From Blastochloris viridis (GTDB lineage Bacteria; Pseudomonadota; Alphaproteobacteria; UBA2136; UBA6156), in contig VAFM01000002.1 of NCBI GenBank assembly GCA_005768725.1, positions 276,486 to 340,485 of the forward strand: a stretch of DNA of 64,000 bases. Reading direction: 5' to 3'. The notes beneath the pieces are model-generated. The model saw only the letters and a program-made list of their open reading frames with translations. It did no database searches and had not been told where the DNA came from. Shown piece by piece: positions 46,376 through 56,545 of this stretch (its first letter is position 1; every line of letters starts with the position of its first letter). Made by a program: the position numbers and the translations under genes.

Positions 46376-46675
46376 ATGGAAACACTCCCCCTCCTCCGCA
46401 TGCTTGCCAGCCTCTCCGTCACGCTGGGCCTTATGCTGCTGCTCGCCATGGCCTACAAACGCTACGGGACACCCTTCGCCAACCAAAGCACCAAGCGCAC
46501 CGAACCGCGTCTGAATGTGCTGGAAAGCAAACGCCTCAACCCCACTACTACGCTCTATCTGGTGCAGCACGACGCGACTGAACACCTGCTCGCGGTCACG
46601 AATGGTCAAACCACGGTCATCAGCAGCACAACAACCTCCCCCAAAACAGCCAAAGCCGCTAAGGTGAAGGCATGA
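46376..46675 (+). CDS. fliO: Flagellar biosynthesis protein FliO
   Basis: Single TM helix then conserved FliO segment (LESKRLNPTTTLYLVQHDATEHLLAVTNGQTTVI); overlaps fliP start. Confidence 0.6.
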   Translation: METLPLLRMLASLSVTLGLMLLLAMAYKRYGTPFANQSTKRTEPRLNVLESKRLNPTTTLYLVQHDATEHLLAVTNGQTTVISSTTTSPKTAKAAKVKA

Positions 46676-47448
46676 TCAAACGCCTCCTGCCTTTCCTTGT
46701 TGTTGCCCTGATGCTCGCGCCGCTGGCAGCTTTTGCCCAGACCGGCCCGCTCAACATCAATGTGGGGAACGACCTTCTCTCGCCGCAACGCATGTTCCAG
46801 GTCATCGCTCTGGTCACGGTGCTGTCGGTGGCCCCCAGCCTGCTGCTCATGGTCACCAGCTTCACACGCCTCATCATCGTGTTCGGTTTCCTGCGCTCGG
46901 CGCTGGGTTTGCAAAGCAGCCCGCCCAATATGGTGCTGGTGGGTCTGGCTCTGTTCCTCACCAGTTTCATCATGGCGCCTACGTTCAAACTGGCGTGGGA
47001 CGAAGGCCTGTCGCCCTACATCAATCAGCAGATCACCGAAGAGCAGGCGTTCCAGCGCACCACGCAACCGTTCGCCCGCTTCATGCTGGCCAATGTACGG
47101 GAAAACGACCTCGCCCTGTTCACCGGTTTCCTGCCGGAAGACGAGCAGAAGGCCATGATCCTCCCGGCGCCCAACGTCGCCCCGCAGGACATCCGCGTGC
47201 CCCTGCAAGCCTTGGTACCGGCGTTCATGATCTCCGAACTGCGCCGCGCGTTCGAGATCGGCTTCCTGGTGTTCCTGCCGTTCCTTATCATCGACCTCAC
47301 CGTCGCCAGTATCCTGATGTCGATGGGGATGATGATGCTCCCGCCGGTCACAATCTCACTGCCGTTCAAGATTATCTTCTTCGTGCTGGTCGACGGCTGG
47401 AATCTCCTCACCGGCAGCCTCATCCAGTCCTTCCAACCACCCTTATAA
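46672..47448 (+). CDS. fliP: Flagellar type III export apparatus protein FliP
   Basis: Highly conserved FliP sequence, 258 aa with signal peptide. Confidence 0.92.
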   Translation: MIKRLLPFLVVALMLAPLAAFAQTGPLNINVGNDLLSPQRMFQVIALVTVLSVAPSLLLMVTSFTRLIIVFGFLRSALGLQSSPPNMVLVGLALFLTSFIMAPTFKLAWDEGLSPYINQQITEEQAFQRTTQPFARFMLANVRENDLALFTGFLPEDEQKAMILPAPNVAPQDIRVPLQALVPAFMISELRRAFEIGFLVFLPFLIIDLTVASILMSMGMMMLPPVTISLPFKIIFFVLVDGWNLLTGSLIQSFQPPL

Positions 47449-47456
47449 CGAACCCT

Positions 47457-47490
47457 AAAAAAAACACCGGCCCCAGGGCCGGTTCCTTTT
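47457..47490 (+). terminator. Rho-independent terminator after fliP
   Basis: A8-caccggcc-ccag-ggccggt-tcctttt. Confidence 0.65.
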
Positions 47491-47693
47491 GGCGCAAGGC
47501 ATGCGCAAAACGCATAGCTCTCCCGGCGCCAACCGCGCATGAAATACCCATGCGCGGAAGCCCCTGCGCACGGAGCTAGAAACCTTTATTCTGGGGTGAT
47601 GAGGCAAACCGACGTGTACAGATACGTACACGAGGATTGACGAAGCGCCACAGAGAAAGGTTTTAGCCCGCGCCTTTCAACACCGCCTACGCC

Positions 47694-50600
47694 CTAAAGG
47701 GCGGGCGGCGGTAGCAACTCCATGTACTTCATTTTATCGTTGTACTCTTGCTGCTCTTCACGCTGCTGCGCAATCTCCGCTCTCCGCACCTGCACCCTGT
47801 CCGTCAACCGGTTCAGATCACTCAGCGCCACAGTCACCGGCGCTAAAGGCCCAGTACTGGCCAGGCTGGCACTGATGCCGGTACTCGCCGCCACAGCACC
47901 TAACCCATCACCCAATACCGGCAGACGGTTCATCACATCGGCATAGCGCACGGTCAAAGCATCCAGCTTGGTGGCATCGCGCAGTTCGCCGTACACATAA
48001 CCCAGCCGGAAGGCCGCCACCTGAGCGCCACGGTCGCCTACCATTGCCGCCGGAGTGACGCCCTCTAAACGGGCTTCCAGCAACGGTACAATCGTTTTCC
48101 AGTCCTTGGCCATCCACGCCGCTTCGATGCGCAGATCACGTATCGCAGCGTCGTCGTTGGGCATTTTGGCGAGGGCCTTTTGCACGGCTTGCGGGCGCTT
48201 CAGGCGCAGCAGCAGGTCGGCTTCCACCAGTTTCCATTCCCGCGCCAGCACCTGCGTATTCGCGGCATGCTGCCATTTATCGATGATCTTAATGCCTTCG
48301 GCCGCCTTGCCCATGTTGCCGTAGGCTTCGGCCAGCATGAGAGAGAGCCGCGCCTGCGTCGGCATATCCAGCGGACGGAACTTGAGCTGCGATTCGAGAA
48401 TCGGCACGGCTCGTGCCCACAGGTTGGCATCGATCAACAGACGCGCCACATGTTCATGGATCAGATCACCGCGCGCATCATGTGGCACCAGTTCACTGAA
48501 GTCATAATACAGCCCCACGTATTCCAGCGGATCATACGTATGCGGGTTTTCGGGGTCGAACACATGCACGAACGCATCCCCCATCTTTTCGGTCACCTGA
48601 CGTAAGTTTGGCGAACGCGGGAACGCTTTCACCAGCGTCTGCCAGTACTGCAGCGCCATGCGCGAGTCACCGGTCTTGGCGTACATGTCGCCCAGCATGT
48701 ACAGCACGTCCTGTTCCAGATCATCCCCGCGCCAGTCGAACCACAGGTCACGCAGGTAGCTGATCACCTGCTCATCACTCAGATCACGGCGCTGGTACAG
48801 CGCCCTCACAAACTCAAACTTGGCACGGTAGGCGGTCTTCGGGTCGCGCATATCCTCGGCGGCAGCGGCCAAATACTCCAATCCCTCCGACTCCTCTGGC
48901 GTCCCCAAACGCACCAGCCCGCGCAGGCGGTTCAGCGCTGCCGGTACATCCTTGGGGTCATGGTAGCCCTTAATAAGTTCTTCCAGAACCGCCTTACCAG
49001 CCTTGCGGTTACCACTCATCACCAGCGCGCTGGCCTGGGCTTCCTGCGCCATCTCACGCATATAGGCCGGGTACTTCGGCAGAATCCCACGCTCCTCCGG
49101 CCACAGTTTCAGCGCAGTGGCATAATCCCCTAAGCGGCTGGCAGCCACCGCACGCCACAGCTTGCCATCAGCGCCTAGTGGACCACCCTGATCGAACAGT
49201 TTCGCATCCGGCACTTCATCCCGCGCCAGCATCGCCACACCCATCAGCAAACGCGCAGCAGGGCTGGCGGGCAGTTTATCTTCGCGCACCGGCAACTCCC
49301 GCAATACCGCAAGCGCCTCTTCCGGACGGTCCCAGTTGAGGTACACCGCCGCCATATTCATCTGTTCGGCACGTTCCTGCGCACTGTCGGCCGGGCGCTC
49401 GGCAATGGCCCGCAACGCCGCCAGAGAATCACTCACGTACGACTTCCCGCGCACCGGGAACAATCCCTCCACCATCCGTGCCGGAACATCCGGAATCGGC
49501 TCCACCGCCGCCATATCAGGAATCTTTACATCCAGCCGCCCTTCGCGGGCTTTTTCTTCATCAATTTTACGCTGCTTTTCAGCTTCCAGAGAGGCTTTCA
49601 CCGGCTCCAGTGTCACCTGATTCCAGGTACCCGAAACCTTGCTCGGCGTCACATCAGAACTGGCGGTCACCGTCTCGTCACCATGCGCCTCCGCCCCCAC
49701 GTCCGGGGTTTCCGCAGGCGGTTCGGCCGAATGCGCGGCTAACACCTCTCCGGCAGCCTCAACCCCATGCGTATCAGCGGCGTGGGTGTCCGAAACCGTC
49801 GTCACGTCCCTTTTTTTTTCCTGATCCACCAGCGGGGTGCCCAGCCCGCTCATGCCCTTGGGCAGGGTCAGGCTGACTAGCGTGCCCGGCACATACACCT
49901 TGCCCAGCACGCGCGGCAGCAGTTCGCTTTCCACTTCTTCCAAAGCCATGGGCCGCATCGAAGGCGCCGGGTGCACACTCACCTTGGCTAAACCGCTCTG
50001 CGCCACGGCCGCTTCCACAGCGGTGGCCGAAGGTTTGCTCGGCAGGCTCGGCGGTGCCTTTACAGCCACCTCGTCCACCTTGGTCCCGCGCGTCATCACA
50101 TCGCCTACATTTACAGCCTGCAACGGCGCCTTGGCCGCAGGCGTTTCACCTGTCGTTGCCGCCGCCGTGGTCGTCTTGGCGGGCACTGGTTCATCACCCG
50201 CCGCAGGGTTTACTGCAGCGGCAGAAACACGCCCCGCAGCCCCCATGCGCACACCACCCACCACACTGCCCAGCATACTCACCGGGCGCTCCGCCAGCGC
50301 GACCTGCCAATCTTTTCCAAACGCGCGCAGGCTTTGCGGACGCAGCGTTTCGTTCCCCGCCAGCCAGCTGTCATTCAGCATTACGGCGCTCTCGCTTTTC
50401 AGCGCGGTGCCCGGGCGCACCAGCCAGTTAGTCCCGTCCTGCACCACTTTCCAGCTGCTTTCCACACCGCGTACCAGCACCGCCTGCAAACCGTTGTCGG
50501 TCGTCCGCTGTACATTCACGGTGGCAGGCAAGGTACCGATTTTTACTTCACCACCCGCGGGCACCACTACAATCAAACCATCCACACTCGGGCGCCATGC

Positions 50601-50729
50601 CGCCATGCGTGCCGCTTCCGCACGTATCAGTAATTTTCCGTCCACGGCATCAATCTGCAGGCCCGGTGCCGCCCATACAGCCGTTGGCACCACCAGTACC
50701 GCCGCTACGTGCATCGCAAATGTCCGCAT
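47694..50729 (-). CDS. Large periplasmic TPR-repeat protein (1011 aa) co-transcribed with motB-like genes and cheA
   Basis: Signal peptide, Ala/Pro/Thr-rich linker, C-terminal half rich in TPR-like helical repeats; start overlaps upstream gene stop (TGATG). Confidence 0.65.
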   Translation of the reverse strand: MRTFAMHVAAVLVVPTAVWAAPGLQIDAVDGKLLIRAEAARMAAWRPSVDGLIVVVPAGGEVKIGTLPATVNVQRTTDNGLQAVLVRGVESSWKVVQDGTNWLVRPGTALKSESAVMLNDSWLAGNETLRPQSLRAFGKDWQVALAERPVSMLGSVVGGVRMGAAGRVSAAAVNPAAGDEPVPAKTTTAAATTGETPAAKAPLQAVNVGDVMTRGTKVDEVAVKAPPSLPSKPSATAVEAAVAQSGLAKVSVHPAPSMRPMALEEVESELLPRVLGKVYVPGTLVSLTLPKGMSGLGTPLVDQEKKRDVTTVSDTHAADTHGVEAAGEVLAAHSAEPPAETPDVGAEAHGDETVTASSDVTPSKVSGTWNQVTLEPVKASLEAEKQRKIDEEKAREGRLDVKIPDMAAVEPIPDVPARMVEGLFPVRGKSYVSDSLAALRAIAERPADSAQERAEQMNMAAVYLNWDRPEEALAVLRELPVREDKLPASPAARLLMGVAMLARDEVPDAKLFDQGGPLGADGKLWRAVAASRLGDYATALKLWPEERGILPKYPAYMREMAQEAQASALVMSGNRKAGKAVLEELIKGYHDPKDVPAALNRLRGLVRLGTPEESEGLEYLAAAAEDMRDPKTAYRAKFEFVRALYQRRDLSDEQVISYLRDLWFDWRGDDLEQDVLYMLGDMYAKTGDSRMALQYWQTLVKAFPRSPNLRQVTEKMGDAFVHVFDPENPHTYDPLEYVGLYYDFSELVPHDARGDLIHEHVARLLIDANLWARAVPILESQLKFRPLDMPTQARLSLMLAEAYGNMGKAAEGIKIIDKWQHAANTQVLAREWKLVEADLLLRLKRPQAVQKALAKMPNDDAAIRDLRIEAAWMAKDWKTIVPLLEARLEGVTPAAMVGDRGAQVAAFRLGYVYGELRDATKLDALTVRYADVMNRLPVLGDGLGAVAASTGISASLASTGPLAPVTVALSDLNRLTDRVQVRRAEIAQQREEQQEYNDKMKYMELLPPPAL

Positions 50730-51424
50730 CAGTTCGCCCTCACAACCAGATGCACAGCCGGCTCACCTTCCACCACTTCGGCAAAGGCATTGTCCACGCC
50801 GGTCGCGTTCAAGATCAGCGCCAGTTTCTGGGCCTGTTGGGCAGCCGCGGCCAAACCGGCCTGCGGTGCACTCACACGCACACCCACCGGATTTTTCCAG
50901 CCGCGCAAGGCGGCTCCCAAGGCTTCCCATTCAGCTTTGGCAGCCTGCGGGTCCTGCTTAGTTGCGGCAATGCTGTAAACCATTTCACTGCCACGCACGC
51001 CCTGCGTTTCTTCGCCACGCAAACCACTCCAACCCGGGCTTTTTTCCAGATGCTGCTGCAGCAGAACATTCAGATATCCCAAGCCCGAACGCACGGCCGA
51101 TGTCCGAATTTCGGCATTATTCACGCCTTCCGCCACACTCTCCACCACCACTTCGCGCGAGGCAAATTTCGATTTGAAGCTGCCGGATATCGCCTCCCAC
51201 TTCTCGCGCTCCAGCGTCTGCATCGAGAACATCAGCACAAAGAACGCCACCATCAGACTGGTAAGGTCAATGAACGAGATCAGCCATGCCGTCCGCGAAG
51301 GCTGATAACGCGCGGTCTTTAATTCCATCCAGAGTGGCGCCGGCGCCGCCACAGCAACCGGAGCTTTCACCGGAGCGGCCACAGGAGCTTTTTCGTGTTC
51401 AGTTTGCGGAGCCACCGTCGTCAT
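50729..51424 (-). CDS. MotB/TolR-like TM-domain protein without OmpA domain (231 aa), paralog 2
   Basis: TM segment WLISFIDLTSLMVAFFVLMF matches the MotB plug/TM motif including the conserved Asp; no peptidoglycan-binding motif. Confidence 0.5.
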   Translation of the reverse strand: MTTVAPQTEHEKAPVAAPVKAPVAVAAPAPLWMELKTARYQPSRTAWLISFIDLTSLMVAFFVLMFSMQTLEREKWEAISGSFKSKFASREVVVESVAEGVNNAEIRTSAVRSGLGYLNVLLQQHLEKSPGWSGLRGEETQGVRGSEMVYSIAATKQDPQAAKAEWEALGAALRGWKNPVGVRVSAPQAGLAAAAQQAQKLALILNATGVDNAFAEVVEGEPAVHLVVRAN

Positions 51425-52086
51425 CGAACACCTCCGGCATCCACGCCACGGGTATCCCCATTCACGTCATCGGTCAGGTTCTGTATAGCGCTCCCCATAG
51501 CGGAACCGGTCAACGCACCGGGGCGGACCTGCACCTGCAGCACACGCTCTTCACTGTCCTGCCACGCCACCGCGCTCCCGGTCATGCGGCTCAGGGTCGC
51601 CATGTAACCGGCAAACAGGCCTTTCGCGTCGTAAGGCGCTTGCAGGCCCCATGCCAGGGTACTGTCGGCACCAGCCGCCGCGCGCAGCTTGGCAACAAAC
51701 TCGGGCCGGCGCAGCGTGCCATTCTCCTGAAAGACTTCATTCAGCGGCACTTCCACGCGCAGCTCATTGGCGTTGGAGCCCTGCGGCAACACGCGTAACT
51801 GCATGCGGTTCATCACGGTCCCGCGCAGACGGGTGATCACATCTTCGCGCCACGCAGTGTGCGGAGCCGTCGGTACGGCCTGACCTTCAGGCGCTTCGGT
51901 GCGGGTCTCGGCCATCGCCTCGTTGCTGGCCATCAATTCCGCGTCGGGGTGCGGTTTACCCGGCTGGGCCATGCTGTTCAACAGCATGAAAAACACCAGC
52001 AGGATGAGATTGAGAGACAGCCACATGATCAACGCCGAATCGCCGTTGGAAACGGCTTTCAGCGAGCGGGGAACAAGCGCGGTCAC
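51421..52086 (-). CDS. MotB/TolR-like TM-domain protein (221 aa), paralog 1 (Asn in place of the TM Asp)
   Basis: TM segment MWLSLNLILLVFFMLL; weak MotB-periplasmic-like stretch ELRVEVPLNEVFQENGTL; GTG start (ATG alternative at 52026). Confidence 0.45.
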   Translation of the reverse strand: MTALVPRSLKAVSNGDSALIMWLSLNLILLVFFMLLNSMAQPGKPHPDAELMASNEAMAETRTEAPEGQAVPTAPHTAWREDVITRLRGTVMNRMQLRVLPQGSNANELRVEVPLNEVFQENGTLRRPEFVAKLRAAAGADSTLAWGLQAPYDAKGLFAGYMATLSRMTGSAVAWQDSEERVLQVQVRPGALTGSAMGSAIQNLTDDVNGDTRGVDAGGVR

Positions 52087-52229
52087 GCGGCGGATTCTCT
52101 TTCTTGGTCACGCAAGTTTAGCACAAAGCCGCCGGGACACCAGTCCAACGGCGGCTTTGGGGCAGGCTTTCCTGCGGCATCTGCGTAAGGCTGTGGCGGA
52201 AATATGAATCGCCAGCGCCTATTCCGGCT

Positions 52230-54365
52230 TTAGTGACCGACCGACTTGCTCATCTGCTTCATCATGTAGGGCACATCCAGAATCATGTGCACCTTACCGT
52301 CACCGGTAATGGTGGCACCCGAAACCGCCTTGTTGTACTCAAACATGCCGGTCACGGGCTTCACAACCACTTCTTCCTGGCCCAGCAGCGCATCCACAAC
52401 CAAGCCCATGGCCGAGCTGCCTTCACGCACCACCACCACAAAACCCTTGATCTTGTCATTCGGGGCCGCACCCGGTTTGTCCACATCTTCCAGACGCACC
52501 AGCGCACCGTCCACTTGCGGGGTGAGCGCATGGGTCAGTTTGGAGAGGTAATACAGCGGCAGCGGCTCGCCCCGCAACTCAATCACATTCTGGTCATTCA
52601 CACGGTGAATACCTTCGGTGGTGAACTTGATGACCTCGGCAATATCCCCGATCGGGATGGCAAATCCTTCATTACGGGCCCCCACGATCAACGCGTTCAC
52701 AATAGCCAGCGTCAGCGGCATGTAAATGCTGAAGCACGTTCCCATCCCCAGCTCGCTGGTGATGTCCACGCTGCCCTGCAGGTTAAGAATCTTGGTATTC
52801 ACCACATCCATCCCCACACCACGGCCGCTCACGTCGGTAATCTGCTCGGCGGTGGAGAATCCCGGCGCCATGATGAGACGGATCGCTTCGGCATCACTCA
52901 GCGCCGCCGCCGCCACGTCACTGATGATCCCCTTCTTGACGGCGACCTTGCGGATCTTTTCGGGGTCGATCCCCTTACCATCTTCCTGAACTTGGATCAC
53001 CACGTTGTTACCCTCGTAAAACGCGCGCACAACCAAAGTCCCTTCGGGGTGCTTGCCAACAGCTTCACGCTCGGCAGGCAGTTCAATCCCATGGTCAAGC
53101 GCGTTACGGATCATGTGCACCATCGGGTCGGCCAGATCCTCAACAAGGCTCTTATCGACTTCGGTCATTTCCCCTTCGACGATCAGGTTGACCTCTTTCT
53201 TGAGTTGCGTCTTCAGCTCACGCACCTGTCTCGGAATCTTGTCGAATACCTTCTTGATCGGCTGCATGCGGGTACTCAGCACGCTCATCTGCAGGTCCTG
53301 CGTCACACGGCTCAACTGCTCCATGGTAGAGTAGATCATCGTCGCATTGTCCAGCTCTTCAATCACCTTACGGGTCTCAGGGCCGTTCAGTTGGCGCAGC
53401 ATGGTGTTACGGGCCAGCACAAGCTCACCCACCAGGTTCATCACCTTGTCCAGACGCGAGGTCTCCACACGGATGGTATCGTTACCAGCTTCCTCATTAC
53501 GGCGCGGCGCCTGACGACGATCTTCACCCTTGCGCTGCTCTTCCGGCACAGCCTTGGCCACAGCCGGGCCAACCGCCGCAGCAGGCGCCGGGGCAGCCGC
53601 CACCGGGGCCGAGAATTTCAGATCCTCCTCACACTCTTTATCGCGGCTCGGGTCAAGGGTCGGGTCATTCAGTACCGAGGCCAGCAGTTCGGCATTTACA
53701 CTCACACCACTCGTAACAGGCGTCGCCACAGGGGCGGCAGCAACAACCGGAGCCGCCTCCTCAGGTTCCTTGTCGCGGCTGGGGTCCAGCGTGGGGTCGC
53801 TCAAAACTTCATCCAGCAGGTTGAACGGTTTGTCCTCAACAACCTCCGCGTCCGCTGCCATATCCGCGTCCTCAGCGGCATCGTCCATATCCTCGTCCGC
53901 AGCTTCCATTACCACTGGTGCGGCCGGAATTTCCACAGCGGTCTGGCCGGTCGCCAGCGCATCCAAAGCCTCACGCAGGGCGGTGGTATCAAAATCAGAA
54001 TCATCTTCGCGGCGCTTCTGGATCAGCACCAGTTGCTTCAGCATATCGGTGGTCTGCAACAGGGCGTCCATCACCGGCTTGGTCACTTTCACACGTCCCT
54101 GACGCACTTCATCCAGCAGGTTTTCACCGGAGTGCGCCAGCTTGGCGATTTTTTCCAACCCCAAAAAGCCGGCGCCACCCTTCAGGGTGTGCAGCATACG
54201 GAAGATACGGTCGACCGTTTCCTGGTCGGTACCGCTGCTGGCACCATCGGCCAGCGCTTCTAGTTTGATGAGATCCTGTTCGAGCGTATCGAGGTTTTCA
54301 TCGGCCTCGGTGAAGAATTCCTCAAGGATTTCATTCAGCTCATCGCCCATATCGTCCATGGTCAT
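52230..54365 (-). CDS. cheA: Chemotaxis histidine kinase CheA
   Basis: HPt MLHTLKGGAGFLG, dimerisation, HATPase_c and C-terminal CheW-like domains; acidic linker with internal 44-aa tandem duplication. Confidence 0.92.
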   Translation of the reverse strand: MTMDDMGDELNEILEEFFTEADENLDTLEQDLIKLEALADGASSGTDQETVDRIFRMLHTLKGGAGFLGLEKIAKLAHSGENLLDEVRQGRVKVTKPVMDALLQTTDMLKQLVLIQKRREDDSDFDTTALREALDALATGQTAVEIPAAPVVMEAADEDMDDAAEDADMAADAEVVEDKPFNLLDEVLSDPTLDPSRDKEPEEAAPVVAAAPVATPVTSGVSVNAELLASVLNDPTLDPSRDKECEEDLKFSAPVAAAPAPAAAVGPAVAKAVPEEQRKGEDRRQAPRRNEEAGNDTIRVETSRLDKVMNLVGELVLARNTMLRQLNGPETRKVIEELDNATMIYSTMEQLSRVTQDLQMSVLSTRMQPIKKVFDKIPRQVRELKTQLKKEVNLIVEGEMTEVDKSLVEDLADPMVHMIRNALDHGIELPAEREAVGKHPEGTLVVRAFYEGNNVVIQVQEDGKGIDPEKIRKVAVKKGIISDVAAAALSDAEAIRLIMAPGFSTAEQITDVSGRGVGMDVVNTKILNLQGSVDITSELGMGTCFSIYMPLTLAIVNALIVGARNEGFAIPIGDIAEVIKFTTEGIHRVNDQNVIELRGEPLPLYYLSKLTHALTPQVDGALVRLEDVDKPGAAPNDKIKGFVVVVREGSSAMGLVVDALLGQEEVVVKPVTGMFEYNKAVSGATITGDGKVHMILDVPYMMKQMSKSVGH
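53628..53819 (-). repeat. Intragenic tandem duplication (132-nt period) within the cheA P1-P2 linker
   Basis: LLDEVLSDPTLDPSRDKEPEE ... LLASVLNDPTLDPSRDKECEE. Confidence 0.6.
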
Positions 54366-54614
54366 GGCAAGTTCCTGCGGTGCTTGTTCTTATTGCCTTC
54401 ACCTTAGCCGAGTCCGTCCCGTAACTCAATGCAACTTCAAGCCGATGCCCAACAATCACGCATACCTCTGCGCGGCATTCGCCACGATTCATCAGACCGC
54501 AAAACCCGCTTTTTTCCCTCCCTCAATCCTGGTTACCGAAGAACGTAAGCGCACGGCACAGCAATGAGCAATGCAGAGGAATGAACGATGACTACCCAAG
54601 GGTAATACAGGGTC

Positions 54615-54647
54615 AAAAAAATGCGGGCTGTTTTAGCCCGCGCTTTT
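54615..54647 (-). terminator. Rho-independent terminator after cheB (hairpin embeds the stop codon)
   Basis: Minus strand: gcgggc-taaaaca-gcccgc followed by ATTTTTTT. Confidence 0.65.
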
Positions 54648-55784
54648 AATTCCTAACAGAATGCACAACCGTTCACCGATCTGCTCCAACGGCAACACTT
54701 CACTGGCACCGCCACCTTCCACCACCGCCTTGGGCATACCATACACCACGCAGCTTTCCTGATTCTGCGCAATGATGTGCGCGCCCAGTTCCTTCAATTT
54801 CACATACTCACGCATGCCGTCGCTGCCCATACCGGTCAGCATAACGCCAATGACATTACGGCCATACGCCTGCGCCACACTCTCGGCCAGCACATCCACA
54901 CTCGGCTTGTACAGGCTTTCACCCTTGTCTTCATCCACACGGCACGAACTCGCATTCACACGCGCATGCAACCCGCCGGGGCTGATGTACACCGTACCCG
55001 CCTGCAGTACATCGTGGTTCTTCATTTCCACCACTTTGATCGGACAGGTTTCGTTCAGACGGTTCGCCAGCGCCAACGTAAACTGCGGCGGCATGTGCTG
55101 GGCCACCACCACGGGCAGCGGAAAATTCGCGGGCAGCTTCTCCAGCAATACCTGCAACGCCTTAGGGCCGCCAGTACTGCTGCCAACCATCACCAGGCGT
55201 GCATGAGGTATGCGCAACGTGCTCGGTAAGGGCGCCGGAACCGCGGCCGGAGACGCCGGGCGCGGCGGCATACCCACAGCCAGAACAGAGGGACTGAGAG
55301 ACGGTGCGGCAGGTGTGCTGAAATGCGGAGACGGCATCGACGGCGCAGCTCCACCGGCATCCACACCGGCCGCGGCAAACAGCTTTTCATAAAGCTCATC
55401 GGCACCGCGGAAGATATTGCGTTCCTTGTCACCAAACGCCTTCGGTACAAAGTCCACTGCACCCAGTTCCAGTGCCTTGATGGTCGTCTGTGCTCCGGCT
55501 TCGGTGAGAGTCGACACCATGATCACAGGTGTTTTCACCGTCTTCATGATTTCCGCCAACGCTTCCAGCCCGTTCATCACGGGCATTTCCACGTCCATCG
55601 TCATCACATCGGGCTTGAGAGCCTTGGCTTTCTCCACACCTTCCTTGCCATCCGCGGCGGTATCGATCACCGTAAAGCGCGGATTCTTGGAGATCATGCG
55701 GACAAGCGCGCCACGCATGAACGAGCTGTCATCAACCACCAGAACCCGTACGGGTTTGGCGGAGGAAGGCGGTTGTCCTATCAT
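54633..55784 (-). CDS. cheB: Chemotaxis response regulator protein-glutamate methylesterase CheB
   Basis: N-terminal REC domain (VLVVDDS), long Ala/Pro linker, C-terminal methylesterase domain. Confidence 0.9.
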   Translation of the reverse strand: MIGQPPSSAKPVRVLVVDDSSFMRGALVRMISKNPRFTVIDTAADGKEGVEKAKALKPDVMTMDVEMPVMNGLEALAEIMKTVKTPVIMVSTLTEAGAQTTIKALELGAVDFVPKAFGDKERNIFRGADELYEKLFAAAGVDAGGAAPSMPSPHFSTPAAPSLSPSVLAVGMPPRPASPAAVPAPLPSTLRIPHARLVMVGSSTGGPKALQVLLEKLPANFPLPVVVAQHMPPQFTLALANRLNETCPIKVVEMKNHDVLQAGTVYISPGGLHARVNASSCRVDEDKGESLYKPSVDVLAESVAQAYGRNVIGVMLTGMGSDGMREYVKLKELGAHIIAQNQESCVVYGMPKAVVEGGGASEVLPLEQIGERLCILLGIKSAG

Positions 55785-55802
55785 AGGATGATTCTAAGCT
55801 GC

Positions 55803-56510
55803 TTACAGCAGTTTGGAAAGAATCGAGTCGATCTCGTCCTGATCCAGACCCTGACCACTCAGCTGCGGACCGTTCAGCAGTTCGGCATCTTCACGCAGTT
55901 CTGCCGCCGTCTCTTCATCCAGATTATGCTTGTTCTCCATCAGACCGAACACGACAACCATGCGCAGAACCTGACGCTCGATTTCCTGCAGGGCACGCAC
56001 AACCTTCTGCACGCGCTGGCCGGTAATATCCTGGAAGTTACAGGCTTCAAAAATATGAGTGATGCTGGCGGCAGCCTGATTGATGGCGTCATCGACACCA
56101 GCCAGGGCATCCGGGTCCAGCGGCGGATCCATGGCGATAAGGCGCTCACGCAGGTCGTTATGGAACATCGTCAGACGGTCGCACTCGTCCATGATGCGGC
56201 CGGTGGCCTGTTCGGTCATCTGCACAATGGCATCAAGCTGGTTGGTGGCGTTCGGCAGGTGCTCTTCCGCAATGGCGCTACCCTTAACGTCCTGCAGCTC
56301 TTTCTTGGCGTTATTGATGAACTTAGCTAGTTCACCCAGCTCCTGATACAGGCGCTCGTTGTTACCGCTCTTGTCGCCTTGCTGGCCGAACATTTCTTTT
56401 ACGGCGGCAACAAGTTCACGAACCTGTTCGGCCGGGATCATGTCGCCGGTTTGGGCGGCTTCCAGCGCGGCAATACGCTGGCTCAGGCTCAGGTGTTCAA
56501 AGGTGCTCAT
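55803..56510 (-). CDS. cheZ: CheY-P phosphatase CheZ-like
   Basis: Catalytic-motif match NFQDITGQRVQKVV (E. coli CheZ FQDLTGQ with active-site Gln), helical 235 aa, located between cheB and cheY. Confidence 0.65.
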   Translation of the reverse strand: MSTFEHLSLSQRIAALEAAQTGDMIPAEQVRELVAAVKEMFGQQGDKSGNNERLYQELGELAKFINNAKKELQDVKGSAIAEEHLPNATNQLDAIVQMTEQATGRIMDECDRLTMFHNDLRERLIAMDPPLDPDALAGVDDAINQAAASITHIFEACNFQDITGQRVQKVVRALQEIERQVLRMVVVFGLMENKHNLDEETAAELREDAELLNGPQLSGQGLDQDEIDSILSKLL

Positions 56511-56545
56511 GGGGATATATCTCTCTTAACAATAGGGCGGAAGGG

